A DNA stretch of 64,000 nucleotides from Lama guanicoe (lineage: Eukaryota). The DNA is taken from contig MU053561.1 in NCBI GenBank assembly GCA_013239625.1, forward strand, positions 188,826 through 252,825. The letters are read 5' to 3'. Positions 41,080-54,280 of the stretch are shown here, in pieces; the first letter of the stretch is position 1; every line of letters begins with the position of its first letter. Under the pieces are notes generated by a model that had not been told where the DNA came from, did not search any database, and saw only the letters and a list, made by a program, of their open reading frames with translations. Made by a program: the position numbers and the translations under genes.

Positions 41080-41225
41080 TTCTTTTTTACATTTTTTAAA
41101 TTGAGTTATAGTCATTTTACAATGTTATGTCAATTTCCAGTGTAGAGCACAATTTTTCAGTTATACATGAATATACATATATTCATTGGCACTTTTTTTT
41201 TTTTTTTGCTGTGAGCTACCATAAG
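41080..41225 (-). mobile_element. Short 3' end of the young camelid L1 family, with TSD
   Basis: Reverse complement resembles the 3' UTR at 62060-62180; flanked by tcccactgttatttctt (41063) and tcccactgctacttctt (41226). Confidence 0.85.
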
Positions 41226-41629
41226 TCCCACTGCTACTTCTTACATAGGATATTTTAAAAACTATTTTAAAAAATCTCACTTTGGCGATAAGGAAAGGAA
41301 CAGCAAGTACAGCCTGTATGTAGGGAGTTTTCCTAGAGAACATTATTTTGACTTTCTTCATGAGATAAAACAGAAGCTAAAGCCATACTCTGTTTAAGTT
41401 TCAGACAGTGCATTTTTGTTCAAAATATGCTGTGCATTTTAGAACTTCCTACTGTATCTTGGAGACTTTTTTGGTTCCTCAAGATTATGAATCTTATACC
41501 CCCAAATGTATTTCATACGCAGTTCAACAAATGAAAATTAGATGCTCTAAATGGGTTTAGGGATAAATAAGCCAATGGAAATAAGCTTCTTGTTAAATGA
41601 CAGGCTCGGGAGATGGACCAGTCAGGGAC

Positions 41630-41990
41630 AGTCCTGCTTCTTCCCACGTACAGTAAGGCTGAGGGGTAGAGTGCTGTAAGAGAGGGTTCTTAGAGAACAA
41701 GTGAACAGGGTGGATTTGAGTTTCTAAGAACAAACCAAACAACTGAAAACAGGGTCCACGCTCAGCTAGGTCAAAGCCCAAGGGGTTACTAGCGTCACAG
41801 GCTACACTTGCCCACCTGGAGCATGAGAGTGGCTGTGAGAGAATAAGGGAAGGGTGGTGTCGCCACTATTTTCTCTTTGTGTCCCCCAAACTAATAAACA
41901 AGGCTCCTTTCCTCATCTAAAGGCTTGCTATACAGGAAGCTCAGTTCAGCTGAAGCATCTTCAAATTACTGTGACTGGTTTATAAGCCAC
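41630..41990 (-). pseudogene. Fossil exon(s): immunoglobulin I-set domain
   Basis: Acceptor aattttacag|; KPVTVI*RC; GKCS-(1-nt shift)-CDASNPLGFD at 41812-41770 (cf. GxYxCxAxNxLGxD); then PQPYCTWEEAG (cf. PxPxxxWxKxG). Confidence 0.6.
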
Positions 41991-42307
41991 CTGTAAAATT
42001 ATGCCCTGGCACAAATTTATCAGCTGTTTTACAGGAAAAAGAAACCCAAGGACATTGCCTATTATGAGGATGTGGTCAAAGTGAGAATTCTCTTTTGTTT
42101 TATGAATAGATAATATATTAAGATATTAGATAACTTATCTATTTGAGCTCAGTACTAGACAGTGAATTATTTCTTAGGGAAAGGCTAATAAGACAATAAA
42201 CTTTAAAATTTGAGAACAAAATCTCTAATCAATCATTTAAATAACTGTATTCCAATATCAGTGGAGAAAGACCATAGCAGAGAAGTACACTAGGGAAGCT
42301 TGTTTTA

Positions 42308-42314
42308 AAGAAAG

Positions 42315-42360
<46 letters not shown>

Positions 42361-42445
42361 GAAGGAAGGAAGGAAGGAGGGAGGGAAGGAAGGAAGGAAG
42401 GAAGGAAGGAAGGAAGAGGGAAAGAAAGAGGGAAAGAAAGAAAAA
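42308..42445 (+). repeat. Compound (GAAA)n/(GGAA)n purine microsatellite
   Basis: Direct reading. Confidence 0.95.
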
Positions 42446-45400
42446 TCTCCAGGTAAAATATAGTAAAATCATATCGTCAGCAAAAAAAGAGAGCTGAAGA
42501 GAATTGAAAGCTATAATTTCATCAAGAGCAAGATCAAATAGTATGAAGGCTTAGAAAAGCCTTTGGTTTTTGTTTCTTTGTTTATTTGTTTTGTCAATAG
42601 AAATTGGCTTTGTTGCTAGAGATCATGAATTTTAAATTCTGGTAATCAGGCCAGTATTATACTGATGCAGCAGCCATGTCAGAGCACATTCTACTAAGTC
42701 AAAGATATTAAAAAATTATGGAAGGAACAAGGGGAACCTGATAGAGTTCTGAGTATTCTGCTGAGCTAATAAATAGAGAACAAACTAATTTAAGATGGAT
42801 AAAACTGTTGAGTCTCTTTCAAGTTTCTAATGTTTTCAAAATATATTTGTCTTATCACTCAAAGGCTTAGAGCAACAATAATATAAGTTCTGTTTATTTT
42901 CCTTAAACAAAGAATGAACATTTGAGGAGACAATTCTGTACCTCTTCAGCAGGAAGAACCCATCATTTTACCGTGTGAATAATTTAACCAGAATCACTGC
43001 TCACTATTCAGAGAATGGTTTATATAACCTTTGGGTCAACATGTGCTTCATGGTGCACTAAGCTCTTGACACTCACCTCTATAAACTGGAGACAGATTTG
43101 TTGTTTGTTTTATCAAATATTGACTGCAAACTTTAAAAAAAGGAACCTCCCTTATAGAATTACAGAATGTTAGAGCAAAATAGAACCGAAAGATGATCTT
43201 GAATAAGCCACCATTTTATACATGAAGAAACTGAAGCAGAGAGCGACTTGCTGGAGTTTCACTAAGCTGGGGAACAGCTGGCTCAGATCTTGGTTCCCCT
43301 GACCCTTAGGCCCACACCCCAGCACCAACATCATGCAGTCTCTTTCTTACAGCTCGGTGAATGGGTGTGTTAGGCACTGGGAAGACAGAAGTGAAAGAGA
43401 CATGGTACTTGACATCAAGGAACTCAAAATCTAATAAGGAAAATAGATATATTGACAGCTTCCCCCAAACCCCCCCCCAAAAGCTTTATGTTATACTTTA
43501 TATACTACTGCTAGAATTATCTCTCTAAAGATACAAGTTGGAACATTAGATCTGGTCCTGCTTAAAACCCTGCAGTGGTTCCTCATTGTCTTTAAGGTAA
43601 ATCCTCCTCCTTGTCCTCTGACCCCTTGTCCCACTGCCTCTCTACTGACGCCCCAGATTAGCAGTAGAGGACCAGTTGCTTTGCCCTAAACCTGACGTGC
43701 TGTTTCATCCTGCCAGGACTTTGCTTATGTTCTCCTCTGCCTGGGGTGCCCTCTTCTCATCATCCATCATTATCTCCTTTATAACATGCTTCCTTAGGTT
43801 TATCTCCTCCAATCTCCAGTTTCACAGATAGAATTGGCCACTCCCTCCTTTGTGTATTGTCCACTGTGTCCTGCCCGTACTTCTGTAGCACTTGTAGTAC
43901 TTTGTAATGTTGATTTTTAAAACCTTGATGGCAGGATCGTCTTCTTTTACCTTTAGAATATAATTCAGCACCTTGCTCATAAAAATTCCGTCAAATGAAC
44001 TGCCCTTACAAGGTGCTATGGCAACATAATGGAAGGAGCAGTGACCAGTGCCTGGAGAAGATGCCCCAGAGGACAAAGCATATGTACCAAGTTTTAGATG
44101 ATCAGTAACCCATCAAGGTAGAGGGCAGGGGTTGGTTCATCCCTGGCAGCAAAAATAGAATGCAAAAAGGTGCAGAGGTCTGAGAAATGGCTGATTTTTT
44201 GTTGTTGTTAAACTAGAAGGGTCTACAAAAGTCAGTCAGGGCTTGTGTGTGACAATCCTGGTAATCCATTAAAAGAAAAGAATTTTGATTATATTATAAT
44301 GAGCTAGAGAAAGAAAGCTGTGAAGGTCAGTATTCAAAAGTATGAACGAATGAATGGATTTGCCTGTCAAGAGAAAGGGCAATGCAGCAACTGAGTGGAG
44401 GCTGCTCTAGAGATGGGTGGGACTGGTAGCTCTGAGTTCTGGTATGACAGTGCTGATCTGAGGGTTCAGAGAACTGAGAATGGTCCTGGTGAGAAGAGAT
44501 GGGAGCCTGAAGCGAGGCAGTAGAGAAAAAGAGAATAATTAGAGAAACACAGCAATGGGGGCATGATGAGTGGTGACTGACTGAAGAGGAGGAATGAGGA
44601 AAAGGGAGGAGTCATGAATGATTCCAAGCATATGTCTTGAATGTTTAAGTGGATCCCAGTGTCCTGAAATGGAATGCAGGAAGAAGAGGCTTTTGAGAAG
44701 TAACAGTTAAGTTGAGTTTGTGATGCATGTAAGATACTTCCATGAAGAGGTTGAGAAAGCAGTTGGAATTATGTGTCTCATATTCAGGAAAGAGTTTAGG
44801 TCATGAGTATATCTAGCTGATAACTGAGTCCATAGGAGCAGATGAGAGCATCTGGAGACTGAGAACATCACGGGAGAGAGAGGAAAGAATGTCTAGGGCG
44901 AGGCCCTTGGGAGAGGAGGAGAGAGTGGACAATGAGACAACAAAGTCTAAGTTGGAGGAAACAAAGAACTAGGAACAAATCCAGTGAGAGTCATGGAGGC
45001 CATAGAAAAAGAGAGTTTATTCATAGAAGAGAAAGAATCAATTGTGTCAAAAGCAAAGAAAGGAAAATTATGATGAGGATTGAAAACAGGTCTGGAAGGA
45101 CTGTAATATAAGGCTGCAAATGTACTCACTGGGGGCTGGAGGAAGTCCAGCATAAGCCAGCCCCAGCACCGAGCTAATGAATCAGAGACAAAAGGCTCCT
45201 TCTACTTCCTAGTCCAGTCCATAAGCCAGGATTGACTTAAACTACAATGTATGCTAAACAGCTTCAACTATTTAGGGGTAGTGAATTTGAGGTGGTTGGA
45301 AACTATCTCTGGCAAAGGCTTGATGAAGAATTGAGGGACTCACATATTAACTCTTCGTTTATGTAAGGTGGGATTGGGTTAAGGAGGTAGCTGACTAAAG

Positions 45401-45479
45401 AAGTAAGCAACAACAACAAAACTCCCACCAAATCATGAAAAGGAGGGAGAAATTAAGAAGTATTTACTCTTTAAAAAGG

Positions 45480-45701
45480 TGGCACACCAAACAGGAGTCC
45501 CAGAGCTCTTCATTCCGCTGCTTCCACGTGGTCTAGGGTCTATTTATAGGAAACTATAAGGAAGCGTGGCCACTACAGGCTTCAGTGGGCCAGCAAAAAT
45601 GCAATCACTGTATAATTTGTTTCAAACTCCTCAAAGCTGTTTCAGTATGGGACTTCGTTAAGTGTGAGGACTCAGCGCGTGTTCTATGGACAGTGCTGAA
45701 A
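45480..45701 (-). pseudogene. Fossil exon: discoidin domain C-terminus
   Basis: Acceptor ccatttctgtactttcag|; SFEEFETNYTVIAFL / LKPVVA..SFL*IDP / TTWKQR / ctg ttt ggt (g) tgc = LFG-C, matching F.GN.D..TVV..L..PIVARYIRIxP..W....LR.EL.GC. Confidence 0.6.
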
Positions 45702-46459
45702 CTGAAAGTACAGAAATGGAGAGGAAGCACTCAGAAACATTCAGAGCAAGTCGAGAACGCTGTGACGTACAAGCAGGTCATCCGTGGACTCGTGTTGGTG
45801 AACAGGGTACGGAGGAGTCTAGGTGGATTCACACAATGAGTCACAGAGGGCATGGTCTGTGCACTAGTCATGTGCAGGAAGACCAGGTAGCCAACCACAA
45901 TACTTTGGAAAAAAATTTTTAACTAAAAGAAACCCCACAAACAAACAAACAAACAAAACCCCTCACAGAGATTTTGAGAAGCACAGCTTCAGATCACAAC
46001 CCATTTACAAGTTAAGATTTCAAATAGCTCATTTGGGACAAGCTAGTTGATAGAGAGCTTGAGCACACACCAAAAATTTTAGCTGTAAAGTGAGAGGAAA
46101 CTGGATGTCAGTGTAGATGTGAATTGGTAATGGAAATGTCCAAAATTACCTTCTAAAGAGACCTTCTAGATTAAATGTATGCTAACTTATTTTTAAAGTT
46201 GTTTTGTTCATTACAATATCCCCAGGGTCTCTAATGGTATCTGGCACATGGTAGGCACTAAAACAAGTATCTGTTAAATATTGAATTAGCTGTTCTAACT
46301 ACAATGTTGGGAGTAGACTGAGGAAGGGAAAGGCTAGCATTAGAAAAGTGGTCAGAAGAACCTAAAGACAGCCTAAACGTAGGGCGATGGGACTAATTAG
46401 CCTAATGGACACAGAAGTAAAGAAAACATGAATCTAAGAACTGTTGGGAGGAACCTCCA

Positions 46460-47800
46460 GTGTTTCCCGTATCAGTGGGTAGCATGGCCAGCCATAAGGT
46501 CCAGTTCAGAAATCTGGAGTCAGTCTTGACTCTTCCATTTGTTTTTGCCCCCAGTATTCTGTCAGTCTCTGCGTCCTAACTGTCTCTTTATTCTGACTTC
46601 TCCTCTTACGCACACTGCTGTAGTTCCAGCTGCGACGCCTCTCCCCAGGACTTTTGCAATAGTCTCCCTGCCCAGGCTCTTCCCCATTTAATCTTCCTTT
46701 CAGACAGAAAATCTGTATTTTCACTTTTTTGTTTAAAATCATTAAATCCCCCTGATTTACTTTCCAAGCTTAAACTACACCCGGGCTCCATGGTTGGACA
46801 GGCCTTACAAGGCCTTCTACCATCTGGCACTTACTTGCCTCACACGCCAGCCTTTTCTCCTGCTCCTTACCTGGTGATCCCTGAACCTCAGAGACACTAC
46901 ACTGCTTGTAAGCCCTGCCTCAGGGTGTGCCATGCTAGCCTGTGCTTCTGTGCCTTTGCCGACGCTCTTCTTTATGTCTGGAAGGCTCTTCACCCCCACA
47001 TCCTGCCTCCTGCTCCATCTGTATCAGTTTTCTTTTGCTGTTGTAATAAATTACCACCAGCTTAGTGACTTCAAAATGACACAAGTTTATTATATTGCTT
47101 TTTTGGAAATCAAAAGTCTGTAGTGAGTCTTCTGGGGCTAAAACCAAGGTTTTATGCAGAGCTGCATATCTTCTGGAGGCTCTAGGAGAACATCTGTTCT
47201 TTGTCTTTTCCAGCATCTAGAGGCTGCCCGTGCTTTTGGCTGATGGCCACACCATTGCAACCTCTGTTTCCATTGTCACATCTCCTTCTCTGGCTCTGAC
47301 ACTCCCGTTTCCCTTTTATAGAAGGACCCTTGTCAGGGAGGGCATGGTCTGTGCGCTAGTCATGTGCAGGAGGACCTGGATAACTGGTCCCACCTGGATA
47401 ATCTATACACTTTCCATCTTCCCTGAATTTAATCACACTTTCAGAGTTCCCACTGCTGTGATACTTAACATACTCAAAGGTTTAGGACATGGACATCTTT
47501 GGGGAGCCATTATTCTTCCTACCATACCATCCAACTCCAGTTGCTCAGCTCACATGTCACTTTTTCTCTGAAGCATTCTCTGCTAATCTTTTACTCAGAG
47601 TCAATTACTTTCTATTTTGTGTCATGTACATGCTACCATCACTGCAATAGATAAGCTTGCATTGCACGTGTTAATTTTTTAAACATGTCTATTTCTCTAC
47701 TAGGATCTCCCGAGGGGACAGTTTATCTTTGTATTGTCAGCACCTAGCACCATGAATGACATAGTAAGTGTGAGCTAAATTGTTTTTTTAAAAATGAATG
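46460..47800 (+). mobile_element. L2 remnant split by the MLT1 LTR
   Basis: cagaaatctggagtcagtcttgactcttcc...gcaatagtctccctg; resumes after 47531 and runs to cagcacctagcac...aatgaatg. Confidence 0.65.
47020..47526 (-). mobile_element. MaLR solo LTR (MLT1C/D-like) with 5-bp TSD CCATC
   Basis: tgtatcagttttcttttgctgttgtaataaattaccac...ttctggaggctctaggaga...gccattattcttcctaccata; ccatc at 47015 and 47527. Confidence 0.9.
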
Positions 47801-48629
47801 TGCCAGGCATCGTGATGACCCATTTGTATATTACCTAGAAACACAGACTTAAATGGTGACTGAAGTGTGTCCTGGACTCTCCAGGGTCATCTCCTATCAC
47901 TCCCCCCAACCCTGCCCATATTCACACCTACTTCCCCTCCGTCACATGGACTTTGTACCCCTTCTTGATCATGCCATAACTTTCCCATCCTCACCTTTCT
48001 ATCTGTAATGCTCTTCCTACAGCTTTTCTATTTTATGAATCCCTATTCATTTTTCAAGGCACAAATCAAAATTTTCCCTTCTGTGATGCCTTTCACGGTC
48101 TCTTTAAGACAGAATTCATCACTTCCTCCTTCGGGTTGCTAAGATATTTTGTATACATCTGTATTATGTATCTCACGTTGTGTTTTGCTTGGTTATACAC
48201 CTATCTGTTTCCTGACAAGAGTGTGCAGGGACCATATCTTGTTTATACCGGTGCTAGGTATATAGCAAGTGCTCAATGATATTTACTATATTAAGTTGAA
48301 CATATGAACAGATCAGCATGGAGGAGATGAGCATGGAGGGTAATGGGAAGAAACCGAAGATAAAGGATTCCTTTCAGAAAAGGTAAAGAGGAAGGAGGAG
48401 ACTGAGAAGACGAGTGTTCAGAGGAATTAAGAGTGTGATGAAGACCCCTATTAGAGTGACTGACCTCTAATTAAAGAGGAGAGTGAGCAGCAGTACCAAG
48501 TGCCACTGAGAAACTGGCCTGGGAAATCAGTGAGAAAGGCTGTTGCGTTTAACCTTTAAGAGATCCTAATGGCCTTAGGAAGCATAGCTTTGGGAGTGCT
48601 CAGTCAGGGCCCTGGGTCCATTCCTGTTT

Positions 48630-48850
48630 TTAGGTCAGGAGAGGAAGGATCTCCAGAAGATAACTGACTTGAGGAAAAGGAAATCCAGAATTCTTATCTG
48701 ATCTACCTGTTCGAATGCCTGAGGACATGAACACCACAGCGAAGCTCCAAGTCAGGTTGGAAGGCTTGGTTCTTTCATCTGATACAGAGGCTTCAAAGTA
48801 CTGGGAGATGTGGTTCTCAGGCAGTGCAGGGACCAACTTGACGTGTTCCT
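48630..48850 (-). pseudogene. Fossil exon: discoidin domain N-terminus
   Basis: Acceptor ggttgttacag|; PALPENHISQYFEASVSDERTKPSN, then shifted T*LGASLWC (TGA from CGA, cf. ARL....WC) and FPQVSY. Confidence 0.45.
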
Positions 48851-50319
48851 CTGTAACAACCAGAGATTTTCATCAGTGGGGCACAGTCAGCCTGATAGTC
48901 CAGGCTCCTTAGGATCAAAGGCAAAATGTATGATCTGGCTTCAGAACTGAGAACAATTTCTCTGCCATGGAGCTTTTCTGGATATTGGGGTTTCTCTATA
49001 TGGGGCACTTTCTGACCCAGTGGACCAGTATCCTCTATGCCTCTACCTGCCTTGAACCTTGCTCTTCTGTCTTCCACCAAAACTGCCTTCAGCTGCATTC
49101 TCCAACTTATGTCCTACTTGGCTAACCTTTATGGCCAGGTGCCTGTCTTGACCCATACTAGGTCTGATTTAGACAAACTCCTATGCCTGTCACCTGCCTG
49201 GATTTTTCCCCCATTGATTTCATCTGTGATCTGACTCTGTTATCTCCTACATCAGTCTACTCTGGCCTGATAAGTCATGCAATCTCAGTGGAGTCCAAAT
49301 GGTTCCTGGGGGATAAAAACCAACTTAATTTCTAAATGTACCTAGTACAGATATAAAACAGAACTTAAACTGATGTAACAGTTATCTGTGATATTAAAAT
49401 ACTGTGGGGGGAGCTATTAGAAATGTCTAAAGAGGCTCCTTAGGCGGGTAATAACGGGGCAGGGGGAAAGGTTGAGAAATACTGTGATGGGTGATGAAGC
49501 TGAAATTCAAGCTCTGAGAGGAGTACAAGAAGACTGGGTGGTGGGGAAGTGGAGGTAGCCATGGCTGGGTCCTTGAGTGAGAAGTAGGATATAGAGAAGA
49601 TTCCAATCTAGCAAACACATTTTGAGCATTTAGTATTACATGCCACGAGCTGTGTGAAACACTTTCACATTTGTTAGCAAAAAGCCTCCCTTTATATTAC
49701 CCTCAACATACTTGTGGGAACAGCAGCAACACTTTCCATTGAGACAGTAGCCCACCTCCCTCCTTTCTGCTTCAGCAGCTCCTATGCTAATTAAACATCT
49801 GGAGGTAACTCCTCACTTACATCTTGCAACATAAGAACATGAAAACAAAAACATAAACAAAAACACAGCCCAGCTTGTGTTTGTAGAAACTCCTTTCACA
49901 GCAGCCTTTCAATGGGTTGGGCAATTTAAAAGATGCAGTTGTAATCATGACTAACTCATTAAGATGCTTGAGGGAAACCTGAACATCGTTAACCTACTTC
50001 TGAAAAGAGAGGCAAGGAAAATACAGGAGTGGAAATAATCCAAGGAAAACAATGTCAAGGCTTTGAACAATAGACAGACTCTGGAACCTCCTGAGCTGGG
50101 CTCAAGGAGGCTCGGACAAGAAAACAGAATGTTGCTTAAAGAAAGCCCAGCAATTCTTGGTGTCTGCTGGCTCTTCTAGAGTATGACCTTTGTTTGTTTG
50201 TTTGTTTGTTTGTTTGTTTTAACTTTTAAAGTGCTCGTCTTTGTTCTCTCACGGCATTCATTAAGAATTTACCACTGAGTCTTTGCCTTTTATCCCAGTC
50301 AGATTATCTCTGCTGTGTA

Positions 50320-50650
50320 TTCATCTCATGTACTTGACTCCTGAGCTCTCCTCTCCTGCTTTCCTGCTTTTGTTGTGAGGGCTGAAGCAGGGATGATGGT
50401 GGTGGTGGAAGGCTGAAGGGGGAAGATGAATGAGCCACAGTGTCCGCTGAGAACCCATAGCCAACTCTTGGCAGCCTGTCCAGGGTAAATCTTGTCTTCA
50501 GCTTCTTGTTGACTTTATCACCCACTCCGTGTGCTTAACTCTCTGATGGATGTTATCCTCAGTTCTGTTTATTCACAATGCCAAATGCACCAGTTGAACA
50601 GGGAAATATTCAGGAAAACATACCCCTTAAGTGTCAAGCTGACCAGAAAA
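50320..50650 (-). pseudogene. Fossil exons: discoidin domain middle and C-terminus
   Basis: W-(1-nt shift)-QLD then donor |gtatgt (50623); acceptor taaacag| at 50564; LRITSI / TEWVIK / DKIYPG / ADTVAHS / LLQP...RGEL. Confidence 0.45.
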
Positions 50651-51469
50651 GAAGAAACATCGTTGTTTCACTGAATTAGGCATTGTTGTAGAAATAAACA
50701 TTTATATTTTGTCAGGCTACTGGTGCTTGTAGTCACAGTCTTATTCCTCCATCCTGGCCATATTTGCATTTCGGAGGATGGAGAAGATGAGAAGGGAAGA
50801 TTTTTAAAGCACTGCTTTTAGTGGGGTGAATGAACCACAGAAAAATGATGACTTTAGGGGATAGGTAAGCACCTCTGCTTGGGTGCATCCGACTGAGAGG
50901 GCCATTGACTGCAGGAGAGTGAGACAAAGGACACTGGTGAATAATTAGACAGCTTTTCCCATTATGGGTCATTTTTACATTGTAGCCTCAATATATTTTT
51001 TAAGTTTTGTAAGTTCTTGGAACGTCAAATATATCCATTCAAACACTTCTTTCAATACAGTGGATATTTGCAGGCTAACTTGGAAATCAGGACACCTTGA
51101 ATTTAACCCCTGCTGTGACATTGGCTGACTCTGTAACTTTCAGCCTTTTGGTTCTCCACGATGGTATGAATAATGGAAAACACACACAAGCTTTGGAATT
51201 ATTACAACATGCCTTCAATTTCTACCCCTACCACTTATTAGCCTGTTGACTCTGGATAAGTTTAACTTCTTTGAGCCTCAGTATCTTTATTCATTAAATG
51301 GAGATAAAGATACTCTGCCTTGCAGGAATGTTGTGAGGATATAATGAAATCCTCTAGTACTTAGGAGTCTCTAAGTAAATGGCTGCTCTCACAGGAATAT
51401 CTGCACAGAGATGGAAAAAGGCTAGGGGGCAAAAGGCATGGGTGTTCTGAGCTCATTAGGTGCTAGATG

Positions 51470-51839
51470 GTTTCTTAGCCTTATGGTAGGTATCATTAGG
51501 GAGTGAGGAGAATGCAGCCTGGCCCCATAGAAATCCAGGCCTGTTTTATTTCTGCAGGATCTGATCACCCCACAATCAGAATTTGCAGGAGTAAGGCAGG
51601 GGGTAAGAGGGAGAGGGAGGGGGAGAGAGAGAGAAAGGGAGAGAGAGAGAAACATGAGGGCATCTGTACTCCACAAACGCAGAGAATCACCAGCATCCCT
51701 TCAGCAGTGGGAGGGGAATGAAAGGCACATGGCTCCCTGCAGGTGCTGTGCTCACCAAGACAAACAACCAGAGTGTTTTCTGCTCAGTCTCCACAGATGT
51801 TGTTCCTTAGTCTGGATAAGCCCCCTGGAGAGTATTTAG
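51470..51839 (-). pseudogene. Fossil exons: 84-nt Cys-repeat-like exon and discoidin start
   Basis: 51839-51756 bounded by ttcttgctttcag| and |gtgagc, phase 1-1, KYSPGGLSRLRNNICGD*AENT (cf. CxPG.....CxxCPxNT); then GDQIL / FYGARLHSPH near 51570-51500. Confidence 0.4.
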
Positions 51840-52129
51840 CTGAAAGCAAGAAAGGCAGCTGAGTAACTGCCTAGTCTATGGAGCTGACAAACCAGTGTGT
51901 CATCAAAGAAAGAGAGCGTTATGGGAAATAAAAGCCTGTGGGTCCACCTCTCGCCAGGGAGTCAGGTGGCTGTGAGGTGGCACCTTTGACTCTTGCTCGT
52001 TAACAAAGTCTCTCTTTATGTCCTCCTCCTCCTGTTTGTCTGCCTGTGCACTGCTGGATTCCACTGAGTAGGCGGTGAGTGTCCATCCAAATCACTGGGT
52101 ACATCTATGATGTACCCAACATTTATTCA

Positions 52130-52850
52130 CCCAACCCAACGCACGTACATTGAATGTCTTCTATGAGAATAACAGTAATAATAAGACAGACTCAGACTAT
52201 GCACTCAAGTAGGTCCTGATATACTAGTCATATGTTCAACTAATTGTTAGTGTATATATATTATATCTCTATCTCTATATCTATCTATATATAATATGCA
52301 GAAACCAACTGTAGAGGGGCTCAGGAAAAGGTGCCACAAAGCTGAGGAAGGCTTCACAGAGGAGATGACCTTTGAGCTAGGATTCCAAGGGCAAGGGGAA
52401 GATGGGGTTGAGAAGAGGAGGGAGTAAGGGCATATCAGGCAAAGGAAAGTGCAGACGCAGAGCTGAGAGAGCTGAGGAGTCCCTGGGCCCAGAACGTGTC
52501 CAGGAACTGGTTGGTAGGTTGATGTGCCTGGAAGACAGGCTGTGCCAGATGAGGTAGTAGCAGGAGAGGAGGTAAATGTGGCCAAAACATGAGGGATTTT
52601 CTGTACCAGCCTGTGGAGTTTGGGCTCTAACCACAGGGAATGGGGGAGCCACTGGTGGGTTTTAAGAACAGAGCAATAGGATTTTACTTGTGTTTTGGAA
52701 AGTCCTGTGGGCTTCCGTGCAGTGGATGGACTGAAAGAGTGTGAGACTGGAAGCTGGGAGACCAGTTTAGAAATCAACTGTGTCAAGCGCTGCAAAATGG
52801 TGAAGGAGAATGAGGACTGAGAAGGAGTCTATTGGATTTGGCAGTTGAAG
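52130..52850 (-). mobile_element. L2 remnant
   Basis: aggcttcacagaggagatgacctttgagct...ggggagccactggtgggttttaag; explains the spurious 182-aa ORF. Confidence 0.75.
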
Positions 52851-52914
52851 GTCTTTAGTAACATCTAAAAGTCACTTTGCTAGAACAATTCAAGCAGAAG
52901 CCAGGTTATGAAGC

Positions 52915-53097
52915 CAATGGTTCTCAAAGTGTGGTCACCAGACCAACAACATCAGTATCACTTGGGAACTTGCTAGAAGTGCAAATTGCCCAGCCTCACC
53001 CAGACTCTCACCCCAAAACGCTGGGACTGGAGTCCAGAAATTTGTTTTCATATGTGCTCCAGGTGATTCTGAACACACTAAAGCTTGAGAACCAGTG
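52915..53097 (+). mobile_element. MER5A hAT-Charlie MITE
   Basis: TIRs caatggttctcaa / ttgagaaccagtg; internal catcagtatcacttgggaacttgctagaa. Confidence 0.85.
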
Positions 53098-54139
53098 ACC
53101 TAAACAATTTTTTCTCCCTCTCTTCTCTAAACAGTCCTTACTAGGAACCCAACTCTTCCAATAACTGAGATGTCCAGTATTCCCTAAATAATTGTTAAAC
53201 TTATGGTTTCTCAGCCTTCTGCATAAGTTATTTCCCTCTGTCAGTCACATGCTCTCCCTGATACAATATACATACATGTATAGTCTCTACCTGGCCGCAT
53301 TGAATTCATTGTGCAAGGCCTAACTCAAGTGTCACCTCCCTAGGAGTCTTTCCAGTTTTCCTCGGGCAGCCTTTCTATGGATAATTCTGCACATATTTCT
53401 ATTATAAGTCTTGCTTTATTGCCCTGTGCTCTTTTGGTTTACTCTCTGTCTCCCTCATTAGATGGAAGCTTCTCAGAAGTAGGGACTGCCTTGTCCATCT
53501 GTTTCCTCACTGTGTTCACATAGTAGATGCTCGATAACTGCAGGGAGGGAAAGCTGTAGTGGGTTGGAGAAGCAAGAACAAAAGGGACAAACTACTCTTC
53601 TAAGAGGTTTGGGAGTGAAAAGAAAGAGATGTGTCTGAGCCTACAATAGAAAGTACTTGTGCAAGTGTGAGTTAAAGCCGGAGGAAAATTGTTGGTTGAG
53701 GGGATTAAGACAGCAGAGAGGGAGAGATGAATGAGAGGGATGCAGATGGATAATGAATGGTAACAGGGTCTTGGAAAAGGGAGAAGGGGGTGAAACCAAT
53801 GGCCAATGCAGAAGGATTAGCATTGGAATGAAGGAAAGACTTTTCTCTGAGATGCAAGGAAAGGAAGTAAAGGTGGATGCATAAGAGATGAGTTGTGAGG
53901 TTGAAAGGAGAGAGGCTGGGAGATTTTAGATGGCCTGCCGGCATAGAAATGGGGAGGGCTAGGGAAGGCTACAGGGGAGGTGATATTTGAGCTAGGCGAT
54001 GTCTTTAGTGAAGTGGGAAGTAAGGCCTTTGGCTGGGAAGGAAACAGGGAACAGAAAGAGCCTAGAGGAGAGCGGTAAAAGCTTACAGAAGCCATGGAGG
54101 TGTGGTGCAGGGGCTGGGGGTGTACTGAGGTAAGAGAGC

Positions 54140-54280
54140 AGCAGCAGGGGATTCTTCTGGGCTGATCCATTTCAGCTGCTGGAGGGCCCACCCCTTCACC
54201 ACACCAGCTTTGGCAACGGAAGCTGTATGGGTGGATTCTCTGCAGAGGCTGTTCCAGCAGTAAGATGGACAACTCTGGCT
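54140..54280 (-). pseudogene. Possible fossil exon: LRRCT second half
   Basis: YSFRCQS / VKGWALQQLKWISPEE (cf. CxxPxxxKGxxLxxL). Confidence 0.4.

Noticed and set aside
45698..45709. Perfect-looking IRF/ISRE motif gaaactgaaagt
   Set aside because: It is the reverse complement of the acceptor (actttcag|tttc) of the fossil discoidin exon, so no regulatory role is needed to explain it.
52247..52795. 182-aa and 91-aa ORFs; likewise the 151-aa ORF at 53817-54272
   Set aside because: Mostly chance frames in L2 remnants with low-complexity composition.
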